A DNA stretch of 64,000 nt from Vulcanimicrobiota bacterium (lineage in GTDB: Bacteria; Vulcanimicrobiota; Vulcanimicrobiia; Vulcanimicrobiales; Vulcanimicrobiaceae): the NCBI GenBank assembly GCA_963733295.1, contig CAVTCS010000003.1, positions 1,408,001 through 1,472,000 of the forward strand. Reading direction: 5' to 3'. The notes under the pieces are model-generated. The model did not search any database. It worked only from the letters and a program-made list of their open reading frames with translations, and was not told the DNA's origin. Below, in pieces: positions 10,728-21,334 of the stretch. The first letter of the stretch is position 1. Each line of letters opens with the position of its first letter. Position numbers and translations under genes: made by a program.

Positions 10728-13700
10728 TCACCGGCCTGCGGTAGCCCCGGCCTTGCGGGACCCGAACGGCTTGTGGGTCGAGGTCTGCGGCGTCGAGGCT
10801 TCCGGATTTTCGTCGAGATGGCGGGCTAGAGCCGACAGGGTGCGATGTTTGAGCAACTGCTTCGCGGCAACGGCGAGGCCGCTTTGGTTCGCGCGTGCCG
10901 TGATTTGGAAAAGCTGAATCGAATCGCCGCCGAGCGCGAGAAAATCGTCGTCCCGTCCAACCCGCTCGAGATGCAAAACGTTCGCCCAGATCTCCGCCAA
11001 CGCGATCTCCGTCGCCGTAGCGGGCGCACGGAACTCCGCCGGCAGCGCCCCCGCCTCGGGAGCGGGGAGCGCGGCGCGATCCGTTTTCCCCGCGACGGTC
11101 AAAGGCATGCGATCCAACGCGATCCACTGCACGGGGAGCATGTACTCGGGAAGATTTTCGGCGACGAGCGCGCGCAGTGCGCCCTCGTCAGGCCCGCCCG
11201 GTCTATGCACGTAGTAGCACGTCAGGCGCCTATCGCCGGGGACGTCCTCGCGCACGACGACCGTCGCTGCGGCAACGCCGCCGCCCAGAATGACCGACTC
11301 GATCTCGCCCGGTTCGATGCGATAGCCGCGCAGCTTCACCTGATGATCGAGGCGCCCGAGGATTTGGATCCGACCGTCCGGCAACACGCGCGCTGCGTCG
11401 CCCGTGCGGTACATGCGGCCGTCGCCGAACGGATTGTCCACGAAGCTCGCCGCCGTCAACTCGGGACGGCCGACGTATCCGAGCGCGACTCCCTCGCCGG
11501 CGATGTGCAAGTGTCCCGGGATCCCGACCGGAACGGGCTGATCGTTGCGATCGAGCAGATAGAACTGGGTGTTCGCGATCGGCGTCCCGACCGTTATCGG
11601 TGCACCGGCCTCTAGCTTCACGCACGAAGACCAAATCGTCGTCTCAGTCGGCCCGTAAACGTTCCAGAGCGTCCCGCCGCCCGCGAGCAAACGCTGGGCC
11701 AGCTCGAACGAAAGCGCTTCTCCGCCACAGAGCATCGTGAAGCCGGCGCGCGAGCGCCAGCCCGCCTCAAGCAGCATCGTCCAAAGCGCCGGCGTCGCCT
11801 GCATCGCCCTCGCCTTTGAGGCTTGCAGCAGTTGCACGAGCGCGAACGGGTCCGCGACCTGTTCGCGCGAGGCAACGCGAACCGTTGCCCCTGCGATCAA
11901 CGGAAGGAACAGTTCCAAACCCGCGATATCGAACGAAACGGTCGTTACAGCCAAGAGCTCGTCAGCGCGGCCGAGTCCGAGCGTTCGGGCGAAAGACGTC
12001 AGAACGTTGACGACGCTGCGATGCGTCACCGCCACACCTTTCGGCGTCCCGGTCGATCCGGAGGTGTAGATGACGTAGGCCGCCTCGTCCGGCTTGACGA
12101 CAGCCGAAGGCGGCGAATCGGGGAGATCGTCGGCCGCCAAGAGTTCGCGCATATCGACGACCGTCATGCCGGCGGGTATCATAGCCGGATCGGCCGATCC
12201 GTCGCTCAAGATCGCCGTAACGCCCGCATCTTCAACGATGCGCCGCAGACGAGCAGCCGGGTGCGCCGGGTCGAGCGGCACGTAACTGCAGCCGGCCTTG
12301 AGCGTTCCAAGAAGAGCGACCGTCAAATCCAACGAGCGTTCGACGCAAACCGCGACTCGTTGCCCCGGCGCTCCAATTCTTGCGAGCAGGTGATTCGCCG
12401 TTTGGTTCGCACGCCTCTGGAGCTGCGCGTAGGTGAGCACCTCATCCGCGAAGCGCAACGCGGGCTCGCCGGAATTCTGCGTCGCGGCTCGATCGAAGAG
12501 CTCGTGCACCGTCAAGTCGCGAGGGTAGTCACTCAGCGTGTCGTTCAATCGAGCGAGCACGATCCGGTCAGTCTCGGACAGATAAGGGAACGCGGTAACC
12601 TTCTGCCCGGCATCGCGTTCGATTTCGCGCAGGATCGTCCGATAGTAAACCAACCAGCGGTCGATCGTTGCCGCGTCGAAAAGATCGCTATTGTAATCGC
12701 AATCGATGCGCAAGCCGTCGTCCGACTCGACGACGTTGAAGAAAAGGTCGAAGTTGACGAAAGCCTTCGGGTTCGGCTCGACGCTCGCCGAGAGTGCCTC
12801 GAAGGGCAGGTTTTCAGCCAAACGCTCGAGGTTGAATTGGATCTCCGCGAGCGGCGTGCGGTTCGCCTCGCGTTGCGGTCCAAGTTTACGGACGAGCGTG
12901 CCGAGCGTGTACTGCTGATGTTCGTATGCATCGAGGACTCGCTGTTTGACTTCCCCTAAGAGCTGCGCGAGCGTCGTCTCTCGATTCCAACGCGCACGCA
13001 AGGGCAGGAAGTCGACGCAATGCCCGACCAGGATTTCTTCGTCGAGCAAGGATTGACCGGCCGCCGGTACGCCCACGACGATGTCATTTTGATCGCTCAG
13101 CCGTCCGACCAAAACCTCGAAGGCGCCCAGGAGGGTCGCGAAGAGGGTACAACCATGCCTCGCGCCGCTCTTTTTAAGTGCGAGGTAAGCGTCTCGCTCG
13201 ATGTAGGCCGTGCACGTACCGCCGCGAAACGACTTGAGCGCGGGACGCGGGCGGTCGGCGGGAAGCTCCAGCAGCGGCGGCAATTCGGCAAACTGATCGA
13301 GCCAGTAGGCTTCGGTCTTCGCGGCAGCCGCCGGGTCGCGGTGTGCCTGCCCGAGCACGTGCGATGCGAAGCTGAGCGGTTCGGCCAACTTCGGCTCCGC
13401 CTTTCGGCGCGTCGCCTCGTAGCTTTCTGCGAGCTCGGAGAGGATCACGTTCATCGACCAGCCGTCGCACACGATGTGGTGCGCGGTGAATACGAAGGCA
13501 TGCTCGTCGGGGCCCAAACGTGCCAGGCTGCCGCGCACCAAAGGACCGTTGCCGAGATCGAACGGCTTCCGCGCGTCCTCCTCGATGAGTTCGCGCAGTA
13601 CGGCGCGCCGATCGGCTTCGGAAGCTTCGGAGAAGTCGCGCAGCGTAAAAGCGAAGTCCGCGGCCGGCGCGATGCGCATCGTTTCGCCGGTCGTGCCGAA

Positions 13701-16700
13701 GGACGCGCGAAGAGCGTCGTGCCGCGCGAGGACGCGATTCCAGGCGATCCCGAAAACCTCCCGGTCGAGCGCGCCGCGCAGGCGCAACGTCACCGATTCG
13801 TTGAACGCGCAGGACGCCTCGTCGCTCATCTGCGCCGAGAGCCAGACCTCCGTCTGCTCTTCGCTCAGCGGGACCGCGACCTCGCGCGCAGGCCCGGTTT
13901 GGGCCGGTATGGCGCGAGCGCGAAGAATTCCGGCGTCCCCAAGTTCCTCGAGACTCGAAGCGAACGCGGCGACCACTGCCGCGACATCCGCATCGGTGTG
14001 CTCGGTCGTGAGGAAACACGGGAAGCCTTCCTGCACGTAGATACCGCGCAAGCGCAGGTGATAGAACAACAAGCCCGCCAGCCGGTCTTCGGCGGCAAGG
14101 TTCAAGTAGAACAGGCTTCCATACGTCTCGATGCGCGAAGCGATTCCGCGCCGTTCGAATTCCGCATTGAGCTGTTGCACGAGTCCGGCCGTGCGTCGCC
14201 CGAGTGTTTCTTGTAACTCCAGTCCTCGCGCCTCGATATGACGCAAGACCGAAAGTACGGCTGCCATGACGAGCGGATGCCGCACGAAGGTGCCGGCGAA
14301 GAATGTCGGCGCCACTTGCGGGAACGAATCGTCACCAAATTCCCACATGCCGCCGTCGAGCGCATCCATGAAACGGGCCTTGCCCGCTAGGATGCCGATC
14401 GGCAGACCGCCGCCGACGACCTTGCCGTAGGTTGCGAGGTCGGCACGGATGCCGAAGATCGCCTGCATCCCGCCGGGATGCATGCGGAATCCTGTGACCA
14501 CTTCGTCGAAGATGAAGGCACTGCCGGATGCTTCGGTAATCGAACGCACTTCGGCGAGGAACTCCGCCGGCCGCAGTGCGGGATGACGGCTCTGGACCGA
14601 TTCGACGACGACCGCGGCGAGTTCGTTTGCGTGCTCGCGGATCCACGCGAGGCTCTCTGGCGTGCCGTAGGGCAACACCGTCACGTTGGAGACGGCTTCG
14701 GATGGAATCCCGAGCGCGATGGGAAGCGAGCGGCGCGACTTGCTCGCGCTCTTGACGAGCACTTCATCGAACTGCCCGTGATACGAACCCTCGAAGACCA
14801 CGACGCGATCCCGGCCGGTCACCGTGCGGGCCACGCGCAGCGCAGCCATGACCGCCTCCGAGCCGGTGTTACAGAACGTCATCCGCTCGTTGCCGGTGAG
14901 CTTGCAGAAGAGCTCGGCGACCTCGCCGGCGAGCTCGGTCTGTGGCCCGATCGCGAAACCGCGCTCCAATTGCGCGGCGACCGCATCAACTACGAAATCC
15001 GGCGTGTGACCGAACGCGGTTTGCCCGAAGCCGTTCAAGAGGTCGATATACTCGTTGCCGTCGATGTCCCACAAGCGGGAGCCCTTGGCGCGCACGCAGG
15101 TGATCGGGTAGACCATCTCCTTCCACTCGGTCCGAAAACCGGCCGCGACGCGCGGGTCGGCTAAGACGGCGCGATACCGTTGGGTGAGACGCTTCGATTC
15201 CGGCGTCCGCGCTACGGTTCGTGCGACGAGATCCGCGATGTGCGCGCGCTGCTCGCCGGTAAGCTCGGCGCCGCCGCCGGCGGCGATGCGAAACGGTTCA
15301 AAGCGCGACGGCTGCTCGGCAGCCTTCGTCTCCGCGCCGCGCGCCGCAGGAAGTGAAGACGCGGCAGCGGGCGTTGCGGTTGCCGGCGTTTCGAGACCGA
15401 GCGACTGGAGCGCCGTAAGTTGCTCGCGCATCAGCTGCTGCATGGCTTGCAACTGCTGCTGCATGAGCGCTTCGACGGAACCCGCAGCCGGCGCATCCGC
15501 GCCGGCCGCGACCCGCGTCGCAGCTTCGGGCGGAAGTTGAGCCCCGATGTATTCGACCAGCGCTTGGACGGAGGGGATGTCGCTAAGCAATTGCCGGAAC
15601 GTCACCTTCACGCCGAACCGAGCCCCAATTTGCTGGACGGCGCGCCCGAGGAACAACGAATCGAAGCCGAGTTCGAGGAACGTTGCACCGGAGGGTGCAC
15701 CGCTCAGGTCTTCGCCCGAAAGGTCCTCGAGCAACGCGATCAGCTCGCTCTCGACGCCCGAGGTACGCGACGCAGCGGGCGAGGTTCCATTGACGTGAGC
15801 GACGGTCTCGTGCTCCGGGCGAACGGTTTCCGGCGGCGTGGACGGCGGAGCGGACTCTGAGCGTTCAGGCGCTTCCGATGCGACGGCCGGTTCGATCCAA
15901 TAACGAGTGCGTTCGAACGGATAGGTCGGAAGCGACACGCGCGAGCGCGACGCACCCGCATGAATCGCGTCCCAGTCGAGGCTCGCGCCCTGGGTCCAGA
16001 GCCGTCCGAGCATGTCGAGGAGCATCTCGAAGTCCGGTCGCTCGCGCTCGCTGCCGCACATCGAGCGCAGCACGGTAGCGCGGCCTCCCTTTGCCGCTCC
16101 CTGCAGAGCGAACGTCGACAATGTCGAACCCGGACCGACCTCGACCAGCGTCTGCACCCCGGCCTCGACGAGCGTTCGCACGGCGTCGGCGAAACGAACC
16201 GGTTGACGGCAGTGACGCGCCCAATACGCCGGCGATGAAGCCTCCGCTGCCGCGATCCAGGTGCCCGTCGTAGCCGAAACGTACGGTGAGGAAGGCGCGG
16301 CGAAGCGCACCGCCGACATGCGTTGCTCGAATGCTTTGAGCGCCGGATCCATCATCGACGAGTGAAACGCGTGTGAGGTGTGTAAGCGGCGGTTCGCGAG
16401 GCCTTCCTGGGTTAAGCGCCGCTCGAGACGCGCGATCGCATCGTTCGCTCCGGAAACCACGGTCATCTCCGGTGCGTTGAAGGCCGCGAAGTCGAGCGAC
16501 CCGTCGACGAAGGATCGAAGTTCCTCTTCCCCGGCGCGAACCGCGAGCATAGATCCCGGTCGCAGTTGACGGATCAGCCTTCCGCGCTCCGCGACGACGG
16601 CGAGCGCATCTTCGAGCGAGAAGACCCCGGCCAAACATGCCGCTACGAATTCGCCGACGCTGTGGCCGACCGTCGCGACAGGTTCGATCCCGTAGCTGCG

Positions 16701-18548
16701 AATCAACTCAGCCAAAGCGTACTCGACCGCGAAAAGCGCCGGTTGCGCGACCTCCGTCGAGGTAAGCGCGGCGGGATCGCCGTCCCCGTAGAGGACCGCG
16801 CTCAGGTCGCGGCCGATTGCCGGTTGCAGGAAATCCGCGCAACGATCGATCGTCGCGCGGAAGCTCGCGACGCGCAAATACAGGTCCCGGCTCATTCCGA
16901 TATATTGCGCACCTTGGCCGGGGAACATGAACGCAACAGACGCCTTGTAAGCCGAGGCGCGGCCGGTTGCGATGCGCTCCGGGCGTTCGAGTGCGGCGGC
17001 GGCCTCGGATGCCGTCGCGGCCGCTACCGCGGCGCGAAACGGAAAGGCACGACGGCCGGACTGCAAGGTGTGGGCGACGTCGTCGAGCCGGACGCCTTGT
17101 GGCTCGCGCAAGCGTTCTGCGAGGCGAGCGCGCGCAACCTCGAGGGCCGGCTCGCTGCGCGCGGACAGCACGAGCAACTGCGGCGCTCCGGTCGCTTCGA
17201 CGACGGCCTCTGACGGCGCCGACTCGAGCGCGAGGTGCACGTTCGTTCCACCGAGGCCGAACGAGCTGACCGCGGCGCGGCGTTGCGGCGCGGCGTTGGG
17301 CCATTCGACTGGCTCGCTGTTGACGAAGAACGGTCCGTCCGCAAGATCGATCTCCGGATTGAGCGTCTCGAAGTGCAGCGTCGGCGGGATCCGGCCGGCG
17401 CGGATCGCGAGCGCGGCTTTGATCAAGCCGGTCACGCCGGAAGCGACGTCGAGATGTCCGACGTTCGTCTTGAGCGAGCCCAGCGCACAACTCTTGGGAG
17501 CACCGCCCGCACCAAAAGCGCGGTTCAGAGCCGCCACCTCGATCGGATCGCCCAGCGGCGTAGCGGTACCGTGACATTCGACGAACCCGATCGTCTGCGG
17601 GTCGAATTGCGCCATCGCGTGCGCCGCGCGCATCGCCGCCGCTTGACCCTCGACGCTCGGCGCGGTGTACCCGACTTTGTTCGAGCCGTCGTTGTTTATG
17701 CCGAAGCCGCGGATCACCGCGTAGATCGAATCGCCGTCGGCGAACGCGTCTTCGAGCCGTTTCAAGACGACCACCGCCGCGCCGTCGCCGAAGACCGTGC
17801 CGCCGGCACGCACGTCGAAGGTTCGGCAGTGTCCGTCGGGCGACGCCATCCCGCCATCCTGATAGAGGTAACCGCGCTTTTGCGGAAACGTTATCGACAC
17901 GCCGCCGGCCAACATCATGTCGGCCTGACGCGCCATGAGTGCCTGGCAGGCTTGCGCAACGGCCAGCAGCGAGGTCGAGCAGGCCGATTGCACCGTCATC
18001 GCAGGCCCGCGCAAATCGAGCTTGTACGCGACGCGGGTCGCCAGGAAATCGTAGCCTGCCCCGATCAGCTCTGCGACGCTCCCGACTTGATACTCGCGGG
18101 TGAAACGCTCGAGCGCCGCAGGGTCGGCGAGAACGTTCCGCAGCAGATACGAACCGAGGCTGGAGCCGGCAAACACGCCGATCGAACCGGGATACACCGC
18201 CGGATCGTAGCCGGCATCTTCGAGTGCCTGCCAGCAACACTCGAGGAACACGCGATGCTGCGGGTCGGTCGTCTCAGCCTCGCGTGCGAGCATCCCGAAG
18301 AAGCCCGCATCGAAGTTATCCGCACCGTCGACGATTCCACGTGCCTTGACGTACTCACGGCGCGCACGGACATCCGCCGCGACGCCGTCCTCGAGTTCGC
18401 TCTCGTCGAACGAACGAATGCTTTCCACTCCGTCGCAGAGGTTCTTCCAGAACGTCGCGACGTCGGCCGCGCCCGGGAAACGTCCGGCGCAACCGACGAT
18501 GGCGATCGCGCATGCCGCCGAGTCGCGCTCGTTTCGTGCGATGTTCAT
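10728..18548 (-). CDS. Hybrid PKS-NRPS: KS-AT-ACP-class III aminotransferase-C-A-PCP
   Basis: KS SACSTS/HGTAT/GHL; AT GHSVG+HAFH (malonyl); ACP LGFDSL; AMT FDEVVTGFR and GKVVGGG; C HHIVCDG; A code DILQLGVIWK (Gly); PCP GGDSI. Confidence 0.96.
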   Translation of the reverse strand: MNIARNERDSAACAIAIVGCAGRFPGAADVATFWKNLCDGVESIRSFDESELEDGVAADVRARREYVKARGIVDGADNFDAGFFGMLAREAETTDPQHRVFLECCWQALEDAGYDPAVYPGSIGVFAGSSLGSYLLRNVLADPAALERFTREYQVGSVAELIGAGYDFLATRVAYKLDLRGPAMTVQSACSTSLLAVAQACQALMARQADMMLAGGVSITFPQKRGYLYQDGGMASPDGHCRTFDVRAGGTVFGDGAAVVVLKRLEDAFADGDSIYAVIRGFGINNDGSNKVGYTAPSVEGQAAAMRAAHAMAQFDPQTIGFVECHGTATPLGDPIEVAALNRAFGAGGAPKSCALGSLKTNVGHLDVASGVTGLIKAALAIRAGRIPPTLHFETLNPEIDLADGPFFVNSEPVEWPNAAPQRRAAVSSFGLGGTNVHLALESAPSEAVVEATGAPQLLVLSARSEPALEVARARLAERLREPQGVRLDDVAHTLQSGRRAFPFRAAVAAATASEAAAALERPERIATGRASAYKASVAFMFPGQGAQYIGMSRDLYLRVASFRATIDRCADFLQPAIGRDLSAVLYGDGDPAALTSTEVAQPALFAVEYALAELIRSYGIEPVATVGHSVGEFVAACLAGVFSLEDALAVVAERGRLIRQLRPGSMLAVRAGEEELRSFVDGSLDFAAFNAPEMTVVSGANDAIARLERRLTQEGLANRRLHTSHAFHSSMMDPALKAFEQRMSAVRFAAPSSPYVSATTGTWIAAAEASSPAYWARHCRQPVRFADAVRTLVEAGVQTLVEVGPGSTLSTFALQGAAKGGRATVLRSMCGSERERPDFEMLLDMLGRLWTQGASLDWDAIHAGASRSRVSLPTYPFERTRYWIEPAVASEAPERSESAPPSTPPETVRPEHETVAHVNGTSPAASRTSGVESELIALLEDLSGEDLSGAPSGATFLELGFDSLFLGRAVQQIGARFGVKVTFRQLLSDIPSVQALVEYIGAQLPPEAATRVAAGADAPAAGSVEALMQQQLQAMQQLMREQLTALQSLGLETPATATPAAASSLPAARGAETKAAEQPSRFEPFRIAAGGGAELTGEQRAHIADLVARTVARTPESKRLTQRYRAVLADPRVAAGFRTEWKEMVYPITCVRAKGSRLWDIDGNEYIDLLNGFGQTAFGHTPDFVVDAVAAQLERGFAIGPQTELAGEVAELFCKLTGNERMTFCNTGSEAVMAALRVARTVTGRDRVVVFEGSYHGQFDEVLVKSASKSRRSLPIALGIPSEAVSNVTVLPYGTPESLAWIREHANELAAVVVESVQSRHPALRPAEFLAEVRSITEASGSAFIFDEVVTGFRMHPGGMQAIFGIRADLATYGKVVGGGLPIGILAGKARFMDALDGGMWEFGDDSFPQVAPTFFAGTFVRHPLVMAAVLSVLRHIEARGLELQETLGRRTAGLVQQLNAEFERRGIASRIETYGSLFYLNLAAEDRLAGLLFYHLRLRGIYVQEGFPCFLTTEHTDADVAAVVAAFASSLEELGDAGILRARAIPAQTGPAREVAVPLSEEQTEVWLSAQMSDEASCAFNESVTLRLRGALDREVFGIAWNRVLARHDALRASFGTTGETMRIAPAADFAFTLRDFSEASEADRRAVLRELIEEDARKPFDLGNGPLVRGSLARLGPDEHAFVFTAHHIVCDGWSMNVILSELAESYEATRRKAEPKLAEPLSFASHVLGQAHRDPAAAAKTEAYWLDQFAELPPLLELPADRPRPALKSFRGGTCTAYIERDAYLALKKSGARHGCTLFATLLGAFEVLVGRLSDQNDIVVGVPAAGQSLLDEEILVGHCVDFLPLRARWNRETTLAQLLGEVKQRVLDAYEHQQYTLGTLVRKLGPQREANRTPLAEIQFNLERLAENLPFEALSASVEPNPKAFVNFDLFFNVVESDDGLRIDCDYNSDLFDAATIDRWLVYYRTILREIERDAGQKVTAFPYLSETDRIVLARLNDTLSDYPRDLTVHELFDRAATQNSGEPALRFADEVLTYAQLQRRANQTANHLLARIGAPGQRVAVCVERSLDLTVALLGTLKAGCSYVPLDPAHPAARLRRIVEDAGVTAILSDGSADPAMIPAGMTVVDMRELLAADDLPDSPPSAVVKPDEAAYVIYTSGSTGTPKGVAVTHRSVVNVLTSFARTLGLGRADELLAVTTVSFDIAGLELFLPLIAGATVRVASREQVADPFALVQLLQASKARAMQATPALWTMLLEAGWRSRAGFTMLCGGEALSFELAQRLLAGGGTLWNVYGPTETTIWSSCVKLEAGAPITVGTPIANTQFYLLDRNDQPVPVGIPGHLHIAGEGVALGYVGRPELTAASFVDNPFGDGRMYRTGDAARVLPDGRIQILGRLDHQVKLRGYRIEPGEIESVILGGGVAAATVVVREDVPGDRRLTCYYVHRPGGPDEGALRALVAENLPEYMLPVQWIALDRMPLTVAGKTDRAALPAPEAGALPAEFRAPATATEIALAEIWANVLHLERVGRDDDFLALGGDSIQLFQITARANQSGLAVAAKQLLKHRTLSALARHLDENPEASTPQTSTHKPFGSRKAGATAGR

Positions 18549-19312
18549 GCGACGCCCGCCGGACTCGACAGCGCCAATATCGCCGCGTCTTCGGCACTCA
18601 GCGCGATGCCCGTTGCAACGAACGCGCCCTCAAAGCGATAACGCCCCGCGGCCGCGAGTCCACGCGGGAGCGAGCCCGCGCGAGGCGACGCGGCACGAAC
18701 GACGAGCGAACCCGCGCGCGGGCCTTCCGGACGATCCTCGACGATCACGTCCCCAAAGTCGAGCCAGCGCCCGGTCAAACCGAATTGAGCCTTGTAAAAC
18801 GCTTCTTTCGCGCTGAAGACGAGCGCGGCGAAGCGCTCGCGTTGCGTCTCGTCGAGCGCGGCCAACGCCGCGTACTCGGCCGTGGTGAAAACCTGCGGCC
18901 AAAGCTCGCGGCCGACTCGCGCGACGATCTCAACATCGACGCCGAGGGCGGCGACGTTCGCGCGAAAATCCACCACGGCGCCGCAGAAGCCGGCGGTGTG
19001 CGTGATGCTACCCACGACCCCTTCGGGCCAGCGCGGCGTCCGGTCGGAATTCGCCCTCAGCGCGAACTGCGGAAACCCTAAGGCACCGAGCGCAAGCCGC
19101 GCACACGAGCGTCCGGCCGCGAACTCAGCCAAGCGCTTAGCACGAAAGGGCTGGCAGCTGCCGGCCTCTTCGGGCAAGAGCGACGTGACGTCGCCTTCTC
19201 CGCGCAGCTCGCAGGCCACGACCGAGGCCGAGAACAGCGACGTCAAGAGATCCGAGGCGCGAGCCGTATTCTCGCTCGGCGGAACGCTCTCGAGCGGAAT
19301 CTGCAGGCTCAT
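18545..19312 (-). CDS. 4'-phosphopantetheinyl transferase (EntD-type)
   Basis: EFAAGR, WPEGVVGSITHT, GVDVE, FSAKEAFYKA. Confidence 0.93.
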   Translation of the reverse strand: MSLQIPLESVPPSENTARASDLLTSLFSASVVACELRGEGDVTSLLPEEAGSCQPFRAKRLAEFAAGRSCARLALGALGFPQFALRANSDRTPRWPEGVVGSITHTAGFCGAVVDFRANVAALGVDVEIVARVGRELWPQVFTTAEYAALAALDETQRERFAALVFSAKEAFYKAQFGLTGRWLDFGDVIVEDRPEGPRAGSLVVRAASPRAGSLPRGLAAAGRYRFEGAFVATGIALSAEDAAILALSSPAGVA

Positions 19313-21133
19313 GACTGGCCGGCCTCCCGCTGCGCGAGGAACGTGGCCAACTTCCGGATGGTCGTGTGTTCGAAAAGATCCGTCGCCTTTATCTTGACCT
19401 TGAAGTGCTCGGACAGACGCGCGTGCACCGTGAGCAGACGTAACGAATCGCCGCCTACGTCGAAGAAATTCTCGTCGAGACCGGGATCTTGGCCGGGACC
19501 GAGCGCCTCACGCCAAATCTCGGCCACCGCACGTTCGCGCGCGCGTAGCTTCGGATCGCCCGAAAGGCCAGGGATTCCGGCCGGCGCCGTTCGTAACGGC
19601 GGCAGCGGCTCGCAACCCAGCGCAGTCCGATCGACCTTGCCGCTCGCGTTCAACGGGAGTTCGTCGTGGATCGCGATGCGGTGCGGCAGCATGTAGTTCG
19701 GCAGCGTTCGCGCCAGATGCGCTCGAAGCTCGGCTTCTTCGACGCGGTGCTTGACGGACACGTGCGCGATGAGATCCTTTTCGTCGTTGCGCACCGCGAT
19801 GACGACCGCCGCTTCGACGACCGCCGGATGCGCGCGCAGCGCAGCCTCGATCTCGCCGGTCTCGACGCGATGGCCGCGTATCTTAACCTGACCGTCGGTT
19901 CGCCCCAGGAATTCGAGCGCGCCGTCGGCGCGAAAACGCGCCAGGTCGCCGGTCCGGTACAAACGCGCAGCGGGATCTCCCGCGAACGGGTCGGCGACGA
20001 AGCGCTCCGCCGAAAGATCCGGTTGGTTGAGATATCCCCGCGCGACGCCATCGCCACCGACGCAGAGTTCACCCACCTCACCGACGGGAACCGGCTGCAA
20101 GGTTGCGTCGAGAACGTGCGCGCTCGAGTTTGCGATCGGGCGTCCGATCGGAATGCTCGCAAGGCTCACATCCGGCCGAGAGATCGGATACATCGTCGTG
20201 AAGGTCGTGTTCTCCGTCGGTCCATACGCGTTTACCAAACGACAGGCGGGAAACGAGTCGAGGAATCGCCGGGCGTGCGATACCGAAAGCACTTCTCCGC
20301 CCGTGATGAGATGGCGCAGCGATGGTGGCCGCGGACCCGGAGCGTCGACGAATCGCGCGAAGAGTGCCGACGTAAGAAAGATCGCGGTCACTCCAAACCT
20401 GTTCAGGGTTGCAGCGAGCTCGTCCATCGCCTGAAACCCCGGCGCAGGAATTGCGAGACGTGCCCCGTTCAACAAAGGACCCCAGATCTCGAAGGTCGAT
20501 GCGTCGAACGCGAGCGGCGCGTAGTGCAAGACCGTATCGGCCGGAGTAAGGTCGATGTAGTCGGTGTTGCGCACCAAGCGAACGACGCCTCGGTGTTCGA
20601 TAGCGACGCCCTTCGGTCGTCCAGTCGAACCCGACGTGTACGTGACGTATGCCAGCGCAGCGGCGCCCCCGGCTGGAGATCGCCGGGCGCTCGTCCGACT
20701 CCGTCTTCGCCCTGGAGACGTCCGATTCGCCGATGACCAGCTCGACCGCGGCGTCGGCGATCATCGCCGCGACGCGCTCGCGCGGATACGACGGATCGAG
20801 CGGCACGTACGCCGCGCCGGCTTTCAGGATTCCGAGCAAAACCGCGGGGAGGTCCGGCGAGCGGTCGAGTGCGACCCCGACGCTTGCGCCCGGACGAACC
20901 CCGCGAAGGATCAGATGGTTTGCAACTCGATTCGCTGCGCTTTCGAGTTCAGCGTAGGTGATCTCGCGCTCGGCAGTGACGACCGCGACCGCCTGAGGAT
21001 TCGCGAGCACCTGCAACGCGAAAACCTGGTCGATCGATGCCGCGCGCTCGTACTCGGTGCGCGTTCCGAAGCCGAAACTCAAAGCCGTCTGGCGCTCGCC
21101 GGGCTTTCCAGTGTCTGGCGCCTGTGTCAGCAT
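19309..21133 (-). CDS. NRPS loading module A-PCP (apparent +1 frameshift near 20675)
   Basis: GILKAGAAYVPLDP in one frame joins AYVTYTSGSTGRPKG..YGPTE..GGDSL in the next; hand-read code DAFFIGATFK (branched aliphatic). Confidence 0.9.
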
Positions 21134-21283
21134 GGGAAATCGGCCTCGCGTCCGTAGAGCCCGGGTAAACGCATTCGCCCAGCTGCCCTCCTGAAGGCTT
21201 CATTGTATCGACAAACGAGCGGTCGCACATCCCCTAAATTGGTTCACTGCCTGCCCGTAGACTGGCCGAGCGGCGCAAAAACC

Positions 21284-21301
21284 CCCCACTTTAAGGGATT
21301 G
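21284..21301. promoter_or_regulatory. Putative operator box CCCCACTTTAAGGGATTG upstream of the NRPS operon
   Basis: 15/18 identical to 35115-35132; related copies at 34351 and 43499. Confidence 0.45.
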
Positions 21302-21334
21302 TCCTACGGCCGGAAGCCTTACTTTCTCGAAACG

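Noticed and set aside
8100..20650. Recent duplication or misassembly of A domains
   Set aside because: The two Val-like A domains are similar but clearly diverged, as expected for paralogous modules.
7400..21200. Many long antisense or alternate-frame ORFs, e.g. 17235-18641, 16708-18240, 13020-14216
   Set aside because: Shadow ORFs of high-GC NRPS/PKS genes with Arg/Ala-rich, motif-free translations.
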